Shown here piece after piece: positions 40,348 to 52,381 of a DNA stretch of 64,000 nucleotides. Made by a program: the position numbers and the translations under genes. The stretch is taken from the NCBI RefSeq assembly GCF_006345805.1, contig NC_043012.1, forward strand, positions 57,784,001 to 57,848,000, given 5' to 3'. The notes under the pieces were generated by a model that did not search any database, had not been told where the DNA came from, and worked only from the letters and a program-made list of their open reading frames with translations. This DNA is from Octopus sinensis (taxonomy: Eukaryota). How positions within the stretch are numbered: the stretch's first letter is position 1; every line of letters starts with the position of its first letter.

Positions 40348-40645
40348 GTGGAGGCACATGGCCTAGTGGTTAGAGCAGCGAACTCGCGGTCGAGGGATCG
40401 TGGGTTCGAATCTCAGACCCGTTGATGTGTGTGTTTATGAGCGAAACACCTAAGCTCCGCGTGGCTCCGGCAGAAAGCAATGGCGAACTTCTGCTGACTC
40501 TTTCGCCACGACTTTCTCTGACTCTTTCCTCCTGTATCTTGCAGCTCACCTGCGACGGACCAGCGTCCCGTCCAAGTTGGGAACCTATACGCCAAGGAAA
40601 CCGGGAAACCGGCCCTCATGAGCCAGGCGTGGCTCCAGAAAGAAC
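40348..40645 (+). mobile_element. SINE family C-related
   Basis: GTGGAGGCACATGGCCTAGTGGTTAGAGCAGCG head, GGTTCGAATC B-box. Confidence 0.8.
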
Positions 40646-41708
40646 AAACAACAACAATTATACTGGACTTTTCTCAATGCTGTTTTGGCAGCCGATGCGT
40701 ATTTCCAACAGTACTTATTAACAGAACTTAAAACCATTCACTTGTACTTTTAGCTTTCGAGAATCAATAACCATAAACACCAGTGAAGAATTAGTGACAG
40801 TTTGGACGGCTATTCTTTGCCCGAAATATGTAAATTACCAAGGGCGTCCGGATTGAACTACCAGAAAGCCAGAAAGCCATAACATTGTATTTCTTTACAA
40901 TTAGATGAGTGCTTAGAGTGCCAAGTGTAAAACAATTACCAAATACGAACCAGCGAACCTATTCAATTTGAAACCGACAATCAGTTGATACTTAGAAATG
41001 GTGGTGTATTTTCTTTTTAATTTATTTTAGTATATTTTATTTTATTTTACGAAATTCTCTACGTTGACGAGAGAGGCAGAGAGAGAGAATTTTTGCCAGA
41101 TATCTACAGGAAAGAAGAGGAACATGCTAATTTGCAGTTATGAATTATTAATAGCATGACTTTTGAGAAACTTAAAGTTTTTAATAATATTAAAAACGAA
41201 ATAATAAATAAATAAAATGAAGACAAAATCATGCTATCCATGAAACCGCGTTCCTGATGTTCGAAATTATTAATTTTTCTTTTTTTTACAATATTTAACT
41301 ATATAACTCGTCGCGGTAGTTATCACTGCGTACATATACATATTTAACATCGCAAACCTAGAGTCCAGTAAAAGAGTTAAAGGCGCGTAATGTATTTTAT
41401 TTTAAATAAGAAATGAAAGTAAGAAAATGGTAAAATAAAACAAACGAGAAATAAGAAGCATCTCAAACATTTTTACTCAACTAAAGGTAAATGATAACTG
41501 TGTGCCAGTACTATTTAACATATCTTCCAAAATTATATTTTCAGATATTATTTAAATTTACCCCATTAATATGATAATTCTTCAGCGAGTTCCACATAAG
41601 CATAATAATAATATTTAGATTTTAATAAAAGCGTATACAAACTCACGTACGTACGTACTATGTGCACATATGATGTACGTACGCATGCATATATATATGT
41701 ATATATAT

Positions 41709-41765
<57 letters not shown>

Positions 41766-42792
41766 ATATAAATGTATATATATATATATATATTTATGAA
41801 TGTATATATAAAGATAAATGTATATATATATATATATAATATAAATGTATATATATATATGTATATGCATATATGTATATATATATATTTATAAATGTAT
41901 ATATATGTATATGTATATATATATATTCATATATATATATATATATATGTATGTATATACATATATGTATATGTATTATATATATATGCATACATACATA
42001 TATACATATATATACATACATCTTCACACATATAAACGTATATCTACCACCTACACACACACACACAGGCATATATACATATACAAAATATATACATACG
42101 CATATACTAACATAAGTAAGTGTGTTCGTGTGAAAGAGAAAGTGTGCGCGTATGTGTGCGTGTGTGGAACCATTTTCGTTTATTGACTTCTCACTGAATA
42201 TTGAGGAAAACTTCAGAATATATTTAATTTTTTTACTGTTATTTTTTTTGTTAACTAAAATTTTAATATTTATTTAAAAATGAACAAGCATAAAATAGAT
42301 AAGGAAACGCAGCTATTTTGAATATTTAAATACATTTTGCCTAAAGACATGAGGTTAAGGTGCTAGCCACCCAAGAAAGCGCTCGAAGTTCAAACCCTTC
42401 TGTGATGTTAAATTCTGTGTGTCCTTCGGCAGTATTACTGAAATTTCAAATCTTTATTTCCCAAGATTCTAGTAGTGAAAATATCCACATAGTCGCAGGT
42501 ATTCCTCTGTAGTAAAAGAGCTCGCATCGTAATCACGTGACAAGGTAATCGATCCCTCTGCTCAGTGCAAAATGAGAGGGATGTCGTACTAAATCATCAG
42601 TTGACAGGGTAGTTCTGTGCAACAGATATCTGTTTCGATATATTGTCGCTATTGTGGCATCTTACAATTCTTTTGGGTACAATGGGATGTCGTATATGTA
42701 CAGCAGAAAGAAGGATCTGATATCAATTTGGAGCTGGGGTCCTCAAGCATTTTTTCACCTGTGGACCCCTTTGATTACTATTTTATACTAGT

Positions 42793-42964
42793 GCGTAGGA
42801 GTGGTTGTGTGGTAAGTAGCTTGCTTACCAACCACATGGTTCCGGATTCAGTCCTACTACGTGGCACCTTGGGTAAGTGTCTTCTACTGTAGCCTCGGGC
42901 CGACCAAAGCCTTGTGAGTGGATTTGGTAGACGGAAACTGAAAGAAACCCGCCGTATATATATA

Positions 42965-42995
<31 letters not shown>

Positions 42996-43124
42996 GTATA
43001 TATGTTTGTGTGTCTGTGTTTGTCCCTCAACATCGCTTGACAACCAATGCTGGTGTGTTTACGTCCCAGTAACTTAGTGGTTCAGCAAAAGAGACCGATA
43101 GAATAAGTAAGAGGCTTACAAAGA
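42793..43124 (+). mobile_element. SINE family A, 3'-truncated
   Basis: Standard head and core. Confidence 0.85.
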
Positions 43125-43878
43125 AATTGTTTCTTATGGTATAAAAAGTGGGTAAACAAAATATTTATTTATTATATGCGAAAAAGCTGTCCTTGCTAGA
43201 ATTAAATTAATATACACATTTGAAATAGCTTTTAATTCATTGCTTTTTTTTTAACGTTTCGTATTCAAGGGAGAGAAAAGAGAACGAATCAAATTTTCTG
43301 AAGACAATTCCAAGTTCCTCCTGAAAATGAATGATGGAAATGTAGTAATGTCGTTTTAAAGGCAAAACGGCACTAAATAGAAAGTGTCTTGTTTGGCTTT
43401 GCTATTCATAGACCACAGAAAGAGAAAGTAAGAATAATAGATGGAGAGAAAGAGAGAGAGACAGACAGATAAAAGAGAAATAGGTTAAAATATATAACGT
43501 AGTACACAGCGTCAGTATTACGGTATTTGATACCATATAAATCGCAGTTTTTAAAAAAAAAATTATCTGAAAACAGATCACGCCAGCTCCTATATGCAAA
43601 TGTAGGTCTTCCATTTACTATTTTTGTCCTTGACGCCCACTCCTTCCTAAATATGAGCTGCGATATTGGAGTGCGTCACATGATCGTACATCTTTTATTG
43701 AACCAAATACAGTAGAAACAAATATAATCTTACAATGTGACCATTCGGTAGTGAGTAGGTATTTACAGAAAGTGTTTAATAAAAAAAGAAAGAAAATGAA
43801 ACAACACATTGGAAGGCATTCGTGTTCTCTATTGCTGTAGCACCATCTATATACTGTGCAAGTTAGATGTACTACAAT

Positions 43879-43914
<36 letters not shown>

Positions 43915-43949
43915 ATATAATATATAATATATATATATATATAATATAT

Positions 43950-44373
43950 CATCATCATTGTTCGACCGTGATCGAGACAATGGAATTTACCATGCTACGC
44001 CAGACTTCACGGTCCATCATAGCATTACGGAGGTCCTGTTGCTGGATGCCTGTATCCCTTGAGAATACATCAGGGTAGGAAAGTGTGCGCCCTCTGGTAT
44101 CGCGAGTAGATGGCTTCCAGAGGAGAAGAGTAGAAATCGCCTCGTTTTCAGCTCTACAACAATGTCCAGCAAACTGGACTCTCCTACCTTTCACAAGAGA
44201 TGACACAGGTGGTAGTTTCCCATATATTTGCATTTTGGTTGGATGACGCTTCAACGAGAGATTTTGAGCTCTCATAAGGAGGCGAGTGTAGGTTCCATCC
44301 AACCGTCTCTCAAGCTTCTTTGATAACGTCCAGGTTTCTGAGCCATATAGTAGAATTGGTTCGACTGTGGCTT
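43950..44373 (-). mobile_element. 5'-truncated RTE-clade LINE with open ORF C-terminus
   Basis: KATVEPILLYGSETWTLSKKLERRLDGTYTRLL...VQFAGHCCRA...LLLWKP...DREVWRSMV; (TGA)n tail; inserted in (TA)n. Confidence 0.85.
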
Positions 44374-44402
44374 TATATATATATACTATATTCTATAAAT
44401 CG

Positions 44403-44757
44403 TGGCACTCCGTCAGTTATGACGACGAGGGCTCCAGTTGATCCGATCAACGGAACAGCCTCCTCGTGAAATTAACGTGCAAGTGGCAAGGCACTTCACA
44501 GACACGTGTTCCCTTAACGTAGTTCCCGGGGAGATTCAGCGTGATACAGAGTGTGACAAGGCTGGCCCTTCGAAATACAGGTACAACAGAAACAGGGAGA
44601 AAGAGTGAGAGAATGTTGTGGTGAAGCAGTAGTGCAGTGTTCGCCACCATCCCATGCCGGAGCCTATTGGAGCTTTAAGTGTTTTCGCTCATTAAACACT
44701 CACAGCGCGATCCTACGACCGCGAGTCCGCTGCCCTAACCACTGGGCCATTGCGCCC
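44403..44757 (-). mobile_element. SINE family C, full length
   Basis: tRNA-like head at ~44757 and tail ...ACTGACGGAGTGCCAC; matches 63625-64000. Confidence 0.85.
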
Positions 44758-44784
44758 CTACATTCTAAAAATTTTCCAGTTACG

Positions 44785-45035
44785 AAGAGACCAAATATTA
44801 TCACATGGCGTGAAAGAAAGAAAATATTAAATGCAGCCGAGTAAACTGTTCCTCATGAAGATAACACGGACGTCGTTCGAACTCAAAAAATTGACCGTGA
44901 TAAAATAAAACCCTCCTTGACGTATGTGAGGGAAGAGGCTGGAAAGTAGAGCATTTACCAATCGAAATTGGATGTAGAGGCTTCATTCGACGCTGTGTGA
45001 TGCGATTGTTGTTGTCGTCTCGCCAGGTCTAGCTC
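44785..45035 (+). pseudogene. Decayed restriction-like endonuclease domain of a Hero-type non-LTR element
   Basis: KRPNIITW...E*TVPHEDN...(frameshift)LLDVCEGRGWKVEHLPIEIGCRGF; matches RPD..ELTVP.E.N...P.E.GCRGF. Confidence 0.75.
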
Positions 45036-45133
45036 ATAATAAAGTAAACACAATTATGAGTGATATCCAGACTAAAATGGAAAAGACAAGCCACTGGATT
45101 TGTTTAAAAATAGATGAGCAATGGCTAGCATAC

Positions 45134-45281
45134 TGAGCAAAACCAAGTAAACAGATGACATAGTAAGCAGGGCCTTATCACTGTGAGGAGGGTCGGTGCG
45201 CAATAATGAGCAAAACCAAGTAAACAGATGACATAGTAAGCAGGGCCTTATCACTGTGAGGAGGGTCGGTGCGCAATAATG
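45134..45281. repeat. Perfect 73-bp tandem duplication
   Basis: TGAGCAAAACCAAG at 45134 and 45207. Confidence 0.9.
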
Positions 45282-45504
45282 CCGACGAAAGGAAGGTCTC
45301 AAATCAGCGTGCAGTCTCTCCTGGTGATCCCATACGCTTGCTAACATTCGGGATGCGGAGCATCCAACTAGTAGCACTTGCATCTGTAACTTGTTTGCAA
45401 AAAGGTATGAATAGTTACTCATTAAACTCTTGTTGTTCATTGTGTGTATGTGTGGTGGGGGGAACAAACATACACACACACACACACCACACACACACAC
45501 ACAC

Positions 45505-45578
<74 letters not shown>

Positions 45579-45734
45579 GATACGATGGGCTTCTCCAGTT
45601 TCCGTCTACTAAATCCACTCACAAGGCTTTGGTCGGCTCGAGGCTATTGTAGAAGACAAGGGTCAACGCAGTGGGACTGAACCAGGAGCCATGTGGTTTG
45701 TAAGCAAGCTACTTCACATCCACTCCGATATATT

Positions 45735-46168
45735 CTTTTATTCTTTTAATGTTTCTATCATTTGACTGCGGCCATGCTGGAGCACCGCCTTAAAGGGTTT
45801 TAGTCGATCAAACCGACCCCAGGGCACATATTCTTTGTAAGCCTAGTACTTATTCTATCCATCTCTTTTGCCGAACCGCTAAGTTACGGGGACATAAACA
45901 CATCAACAGCCGGTGTCAAGCGATGATGATGATTGTGGAGGTTGGTAGGACAAACACAGACAAACAAATATATATACATATATATACGACGGGCTTCTTT
46001 CAATGGCCGTCTACCAAATCGCCTTAGAAGGCTTTGGGCGGCCGGAGGCTATAGCACAGACACTCATCCAAGGTGCCGCGTAGTGGGACTGAACAAGCAC
46101 CATATGGTGTGGAAGCAAGCTACTTACCACACGGTCATTCAGCGCATATAACACAGCCACTCCTGCGT
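45735..46168 (-). mobile_element. SINE family A, degenerate
   Basis: Reverse of tail, core and head; an extra 5' half at 45578-45715. Confidence 0.75.
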
Positions 46169-46479
46169 CTATATTTATATATATATATATATATATATTG
46201 TTATCAAAAAGGGGGTCGAATTAATTAATTGTTAAAAATTCGACCAAGCAGTATTCGGTATGTAAAGACCATTTACGGTATATTTGAAGTATTAATTTAT
46301 AAAAATATGGTAAAGTAAAAGAATTCACTTACCACACACCGAACTTTTCAGAAATAGCAGCCAAAAATTTGGCTATTTCTTCAACTGCAAATAAAAGTCT
46401 CCAGACAATGCATACTCAGAAAAATAACTCACATAGGTATAAGGGAAAAACAATGAAAGATCACATCCATATACGATAC

Positions 46480-46539
46480 CCGAGGACAGTCTGTTTCTGG
46501 ATTTGTGGGTAAAACGCCACTTTTCCTTCATCAGCTCAG
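46480..46539 (-). ncRNA. Type I hammerhead ribozyme, canonical core
   Basis: Reverse complement of 46952-47011. Confidence 0.85.
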
Positions 46540-46951
46540 AGATTTCTTCTGATTTAGATTGAAAATACTAAGAATCAAACATACCCGTCCGATATCTGTA
46601 ACATCGGACAAACCATGCCAGAAACCAGACTTATAAATTAATACTTCAAATATACCGTAAATGGTCTTTACATACCGAATACTGCTTGGTCGAATTTATT
46701 AACAATTAATTAATTCGACCCTTTTTTGAAACAATATAATGCTTTCTCTCCAAGAATTTGAACTGCAGTTTTTACCTCTGTAGAATGTAATGCTCTATGA
46801 CTCACGTGGGTGGACAGGGAGAATAATAGATCTCATTCGTATTTTTGGATTCGCTATACTGGGTGTCTGGCATGGTTTGTCCGATGTTACAGATATCGGA
46901 CGGATATGTTTGATTCTTTAGTTTTTCAAATCTAAATCAAGCAGAAAATCT

Positions 46952-47011
46952 CTGAGCTGATGAAGGAAAAGTGGCGTTTTACCCACAAATCCAGAAACAG
47001 ACTGTCCTCGG
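46952..47011 (+). ncRNA. Type I hammerhead ribozyme, canonical core
   Basis: CUGAG-CUGAUGA-A GGA AAA GUGG CGUUUUAC CCAC AAA UCC A-GAAAC AGACU GUC/CUCGG. Confidence 0.85.
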
Positions 47012-47191
47012 TATCGTATATGGATGTGATCTGCTTTCATTGTTTCCCTTATACGTATATATATATATATATATATAATATATATAATATATATCTATAT
47101 ATATATATATATATATGCCGACATATATATATACATTTTGGTTTCATTGCTAACTTGAACTAGACATATCTTTAGTTTCGCTAAACGATAC

Positions 47192-47258
47192 CTGTTCTCA
47201 GCAAAGTTCAAGAAATATTCCTCTTTAAAAAATGTGAGTTGTTTTCCTTCGCTTATAG
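47192..47258 (-). CDS. Candidate exon ISEGKQLTFFKEEYFLNFAEN
   Basis: ggaatacctag|67 nt open|gtatcg. Confidence 0.35.
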
Positions 47259-47457
47259 CTAGGTATTCCAATTTTGAAGTAAAAAATTTCCGAAAATGTG
47301 TACAACTCCCCACGGCTTCAGTACTGGAGTTCAGGTAGCTCCAGGCTCATGTGATATAATAATATATATATTATATATATATATATTATATATATATTAT
47401 TATATATATATATATATTATATATATATATATATATAGATATATATATATATATATG

Positions 47458-47600
47458 CAGAGGTGGGCATTGTTAATCGAAAAGTTAGCTTCGTTAATCA
47501 TTAATCCGTCAACCATAAAGCTAAATTCGTTAATCGTAAATCCGTTAATTCTTTGAAAATCTAACGAAAGTTAACGTTAATCCGTTAACGTTACTACAGT
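47458..47600 (+). mobile_element. Probable hAT transposon terminus with subterminal repeats
   Basis: CAGAGGTGGGCA start, then many CGTTAA(T) motifs; partner end not found. Confidence 0.5.
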
Positions 47601-48279
47601 TTAATACCTCAACGAATATGTTGCCTCATCTCTTCCAGAAAAGTGGATACTTTTTAACGAATCTTTCACCAAATAATCACTTATATCCTGCAGATTGAGT
47701 ATGTAAGGATATGTTGGACAAATTTATTCCAGGGGTTGAAGAGAGGAGTTTCGAAAAATTCACAGGACCCCACATTTTCCTCATAACTTTCGGGAAAATA
47801 GTTTTTTTTTAAATGAAATTTTATACAAATACCTTTTAATTCGTGTAGATTACGATTACAAAAGAAATTTGTAGTTTTGGAAGGGGACGTGGGTGATGCG
47901 TTTCTGATCAGACGTCCCGCATAAGTTGGAATTTCCCCCGTTTTGACGAGCATACTTTTCCAATGTTTTTCACCAAAGTCTTCAAAATGATGGGAGGCAT
48001 CTTTTCATGAAAAAAAAAAGAGAAAAAAGATTTAGAAAATGTTTTTCGTTCCTACCACACCTATGCCACCCCAGTTCGAAACGGTTTTGGCCATCTTTTT
48101 CACTATGCACTTCAAACCCGTGAGAGAAACATTTTCGGTTTAAAAAAACAGATTTCAGAGGAAAGCGAGAGATTTAAGGGAGATCTGGCTGTTGTTTCTA
48201 GCTCTTCCAAAGACCTCTCTCCTTGTTTCTTTCTGACTCGCACATCTATTGATATTTTTCAATATTTTATTCCCCATAA

Positions 48280-48498
48280 AGTGGCGAGTTGGCAGAACCG
48301 TTAGCACGCCGGGCGAAATGCTAAGCGATATTTCGTCAGTTTTTACGTTCTGAGTTCAAATTCCGCCGAGGTCGACTTTGCCTTTCATCCTTTCGAGGTC
48401 GATAAATTAAGTACCATTTGCCTACGTGGGTCAAATCTAATCGACTAGTCCCCTTCCCCAAAATTTCGGGTCGTGTGCCTAAAGTAGAAAAGAATATT
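48280..48498 (+). mobile_element. SINE family B, full length
   Basis: GTGGCGAGTTGGCAGAACCGTTAGCACG head and standard body. Confidence 0.85.
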
Positions 48499-49563
48499 TT
48501 TGTCCTCATAAACACATTTTCTGGAATGATTATGTCAAGGTAACACACATGTAGTTCCAACGGAGCGAGGCTGTGTTATGTGCGTGTTTAAGAAAATAAA
48601 AAGCACACAAAAACATCTTTAGTGTTCATAATAATCTGTCAAATGTAACGCTTATTTGTTACATTATTTTGAAATATTCAGGTTCAAGAGGGGTGTCCAC
48701 AATATTTACTTGTAACCTTGTAACTTTTTCACATACAGATTTGAAATTTTGTTAGTGGGTGCTTTATATACCACTGGTTTATTGTTATGTAATTTTAGCT
48801 GATCTTTCCTGAGCAAATTTGACTTTTATGGGCAGGTAAATTTAATAAACAGGTGTAAAAGCAATAACATTATGGATAAACACTAAAATTGAAATTCTTA
48901 ATGCTTCTTACTTGTTTGATTTGTTACTAAATTTATCTCAGATGGCAGCCGACAAAAATTTTGCCACTTTTCACGATGAGGTATATTAATTTGAATTAAA
49001 ATACATGTATAATCAGTACAAGATTTTATTCTTTCGGTAATTTTATTCTTTTATATTTCGTTCTTCGATGCCGAATATTTTTTTCCTCGGATTTTTTCGG
49101 GTGCATTCAACGTATCTGACCTACAAACCTGGCGCAAGCCACTTTTTCCCCAGAAAAGAAAGATGGCAGGAGTGATATGGACCTCGAAATTTTCCACCAA
49201 TGGAGTTTTGTTTCGCCAGTCTTTTTTTCTTTTCCAGCTTATTTTGCATGCTTTCAACGAATGTGACATCGAAATCACGCATAAACCGTTCCTTTTTCCA
49301 GAAAAGGAAAGATTTGGCTGCTACTTCTAGCATGCCCTGCTCCTACGTAACAGCTATTTGCGTTCGCACCGAAATATGTACCATACTTTTCCCTTCCATT
49401 TATTTCTTCCACTTTATGGAGATCAGTATTTTCTCTGTTGAAATCCACCTCAGTTAATTTTGCTTTTTTCGTAATTCTGTGCTTTCTGGAAGAAAAACGC
49501 TCGCATAATCTCAAAGCTACGAGAATTCACCACCGTAATTTGTTTATGTTTTTTAAAATATTT

Positions 49564-49745
49564 CGTAGAAGTGGCTGTGTGGTAAGTAGCTTGCTTACCA
49601 ACCACATAGTCCTGGGTTCAATCCTATTGCGTGGCACCTTGGGCAAGTGTCTTCTACTGTGGCCTCGGACCGACCAAAGCCTTGTGTGTGGATTTGGTAG
49701 ACGGAAACTGAAAGAAGCCCGTCGTATATATATATATATATATAT

Positions 49746-49783
<38 letters not shown>

Positions 49784-50010
49784 GTATAGGTATGTGTGTG
49801 TATATGTTTGTGTGTTTGTGTTGTGCCCCCCACCATCGCTTGACAACCGATGCTGGTGTGTTTACGTTCCCGTAACTTAGCGGTTCGACAAAAGAGTCCT
49901 ATAGAATAAGTACTAGGCTTACAAAGAATACAGCCTGGGGTCGATTTGCTCGACCAAAGGCGGTGCTTCAGCATGGCCACAGTCAAATGACTGAAACAAG
50001 TAAAAGAGTA
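49564..50010 (+). mobile_element. SINE family A, full length
   Basis: Standard structure. Confidence 0.9.
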
Positions 50011-50169
50011 GAGGAATTAGATACTACGGGATTTGGCCGGTTTAAACACTAAAAGGTTAAAAAGCCAAAACTATACAATCAGGTTTTTGGGCCTTTTTGA
50101 GGGCTTTAGAGCTTAAAAATGCTGATTTATAGTTTTATAGTTTGAAAAGGTTGATTTCATAGGTTTGGC

Positions 50170-50500
50170 CCTTCTTTTTAGGTTTTTAAGACTTTTAGAT
50201 GTCCTTGCCCATGGAAAATCAACGTTCAATTGCAACTCTGGAATAGCTGTGTTGAACTTGGTGAGCAAGTCCACTACCACTTGCTCACTCAAGAAGGCAG
50301 CATCTGTCAGTAGATCGTTGGCCTCTTTACTAAATTCTGGGCCTTGTCCTTCAGTGACCTGTGGCTTCTGCTCTCTTTTTGTTGGGTGACAAAGTCTTCC
50401 TCTCTCTCTTCGTTGTTGCTGCTCACTTCCTCAGACTCTTGCCACCTGGCCTTTTTGATCTAATCCCCCATGCTTCTCATCTTTAGCATTCCTCATTGTC
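50170..50500 (-). pseudogene. Decayed hAT transposase C-terminal dimerisation domain
   Basis: LLTKFNTAIP(frameshift)VAIER*FSMGKDI resembles hAT KYNT.IPSSA.VERLFS.G. Confidence 0.65.
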
Positions 50501-50815
50501 CAGAAATACAGAAATGATTTATTCTCAAACGCATCTCAACGCCTCTAAAGCAAACTTTGTGTACTTTCAACGTAAGTTGAATTTAACGTTAGCCTCTTAT
50601 AAAGCTAGATTTATAAATCCTAAAATTGCAGAACAATTCGTTACTGGGCAGTTTAGCTTATAGATAAAGCACTTGACGCGTAATTACATAGATGTGTGTT
50701 CGAGTCTTCTGGCTGGCCGATAAAGATTTTTTTCTACAATATATGGATAGTTTATCCTGTTCATGCTATGGTTTCTGTATCTTATATATATATATATACA
50801 CATATATATATTATA

Positions 50816-50873
<58 letters not shown>

Positions 50874-50934
50874 ATATAATAATATTATATATATCTTTAG
50901 AAAGTTTGTGTGTCTGTCTACTCCGATTTAGATT

Positions 50935-51278
50935 CCTAACTACTCCCCATTTTGGGGTGCAGTTTAACCAAAACCGGGTATTTTATAGTCGTGATTCATA
51001 CCAAGCCCTTCTGGGTATTAGCGCGCGTCTACGATGAGTCTACGATTTTAAAAATAATTTACCATCATTGTTTTCCATTTTAATGCATATTTTTTTAAAT
51101 ATAAGGTAAGTAACTCTCTAAAAATGTCTACGATGTGTCAACGATTGAAAAAAATATTTACCATAATTTATTTTCCATTTTTAATGCATTTTTTGCTACT
51201 TTTTGGCTATAAATCTCTAAAAATGCTTTATAGTTATTTCCCTTACAAACCCGAGCAACGCCGGGTGATACTGCTAGT
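50935..51278 (+). mobile_element. Helitron-type non-autonomous element (3' end)
   Basis: CCCGAGCAACGCCGGG hairpin followed after 8 nt by CTAGT; internal ~105-bp direct repeats. Confidence 0.65.
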
Positions 51279-51531
51279 ATATATATATAAGATACAGAAA
51301 CAATAACATGAACAGGATAATCTATCAGTCAAGACTATTGAAAAGGTTGCAAGGCGCAACGAAAATTTTAGAAAATAAGAAATAATGGAAATTTTACCGG
51401 TGAGTGTGTTAAATAATAAGACACTAAAAGAGATTGACTCTCCCCAGACACAACAGAATATGCTTCAACACACGAACTCATATAAAGAATCTTGCAAACC
51501 AAATCCCAAAACGAAATATATATATATATAT

Positions 51532-52327
51532 ATAGTAAAAAGGTAATAAAATAAATTATTATTACCGGTGATCTAGCACAAAAGACAAGTTAGCCATTAG
51601 GCTATATGTTATTCATATATAAGTACATTAAAAGGCCTCTAAAAGAAGAAGCAAGTACTAGATGACAAAAAGTGGATAAATTCAATGAAATAAAATCAAA
51701 AACGTTTACAAAGTACATTTCGTTAGAAACATGTGCGGTTCTAGCGACTTGCATTCTCTAACTTTTCAGAGTCTAGCCTTGGCAGATAAATTATATTTAC
51801 TGCTAAAAAAAAGACGAAACTGCAGTATAAGATGAGCCGAGTTTATCCACTTTTTGTGATCTAGTACTTGCTTCTTCTTTTAGAGGCCTTTTAATGTACT
51901 TATATATGAATAACATATAGCCTAATGGCTAACTTGTCTTTTGTACTAGATCACCGGTAATAATAATTTATTTTATTACCTTTTTACTATGTTTACATAT
52001 TTCTCGATAAATTTTGATCGTAGACCCTATACCAGAAACCTCTCTGTTTGTCGGGTATGTTTTGCGTCTGCGCAATGGTCTGAAAAGTTAGAGAATGCAA
52101 GTCGCTAGAACCGCACATGTTTCCAACGAAATGTACTTCTAGGATAACAAAGGCTGCTTACTGAAGAGTCTAGCCTTGGCAGATGAATTATATTTACTGC
52201 TAAAAAAAAGACGAAACTGCAGTATAAGATGAACCGGTTTGTAAATGTTTTTGATTTATTTCATTGAATTTATCCACTTTTTGTGATCTAGTACTTGCTT
52301 CTTCTTTTAGAGGCCTTTTAATGTACT

Positions 52328-52335
<8 letters not shown>
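51532..52335. mobile_element. Hammerhead-bearing inverted/direct repeat mosaic (Penelope-like)
   Basis: 51532-51683 inverted at 51840-51990; 51710-51770 inverted at 52079-52139; 51768-51905 repeated at 52164-52335. Confidence 0.8.
52157..52228 (+). ncRNA. Type I hammerhead ribozyme, canonical core, long loop II
   Basis: CUUA-CUGAAGA-GUCU...AGAC-GAAA CUGCAG UA/UAAG; G10.1-C11.1 pair; palindromic stem III ACUGCAGU. Confidence 0.85.

Positions 52336-52375
<40 letters not shown>

Positions 52376-52381
<6 letters not shown>

Larger units (their letters stand above)
46195..47055. mobile_element. Hammerhead-bearing repeat with ~105-bp terminal inverted arms plus an extra inverted internal copy
   Basis: Arms ~46195-46300 and ~46630-46738; ~46440-46625 recopied inverted at ~46860-47052; related to the 11181-13318 family. 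Confidence 0.8.

Noticed and set aside
42548-42600. CTGATGA (minus) next to an ATCCCTCT/AGAGGGAT hairpin
   Set aside because: No GAAA box or cleavage triplet follows.
49051-49514. Minus-strand ORF cluster as a gene or LINE domain
   Set aside because: Fragmented across frames; no motif recognised with confidence.
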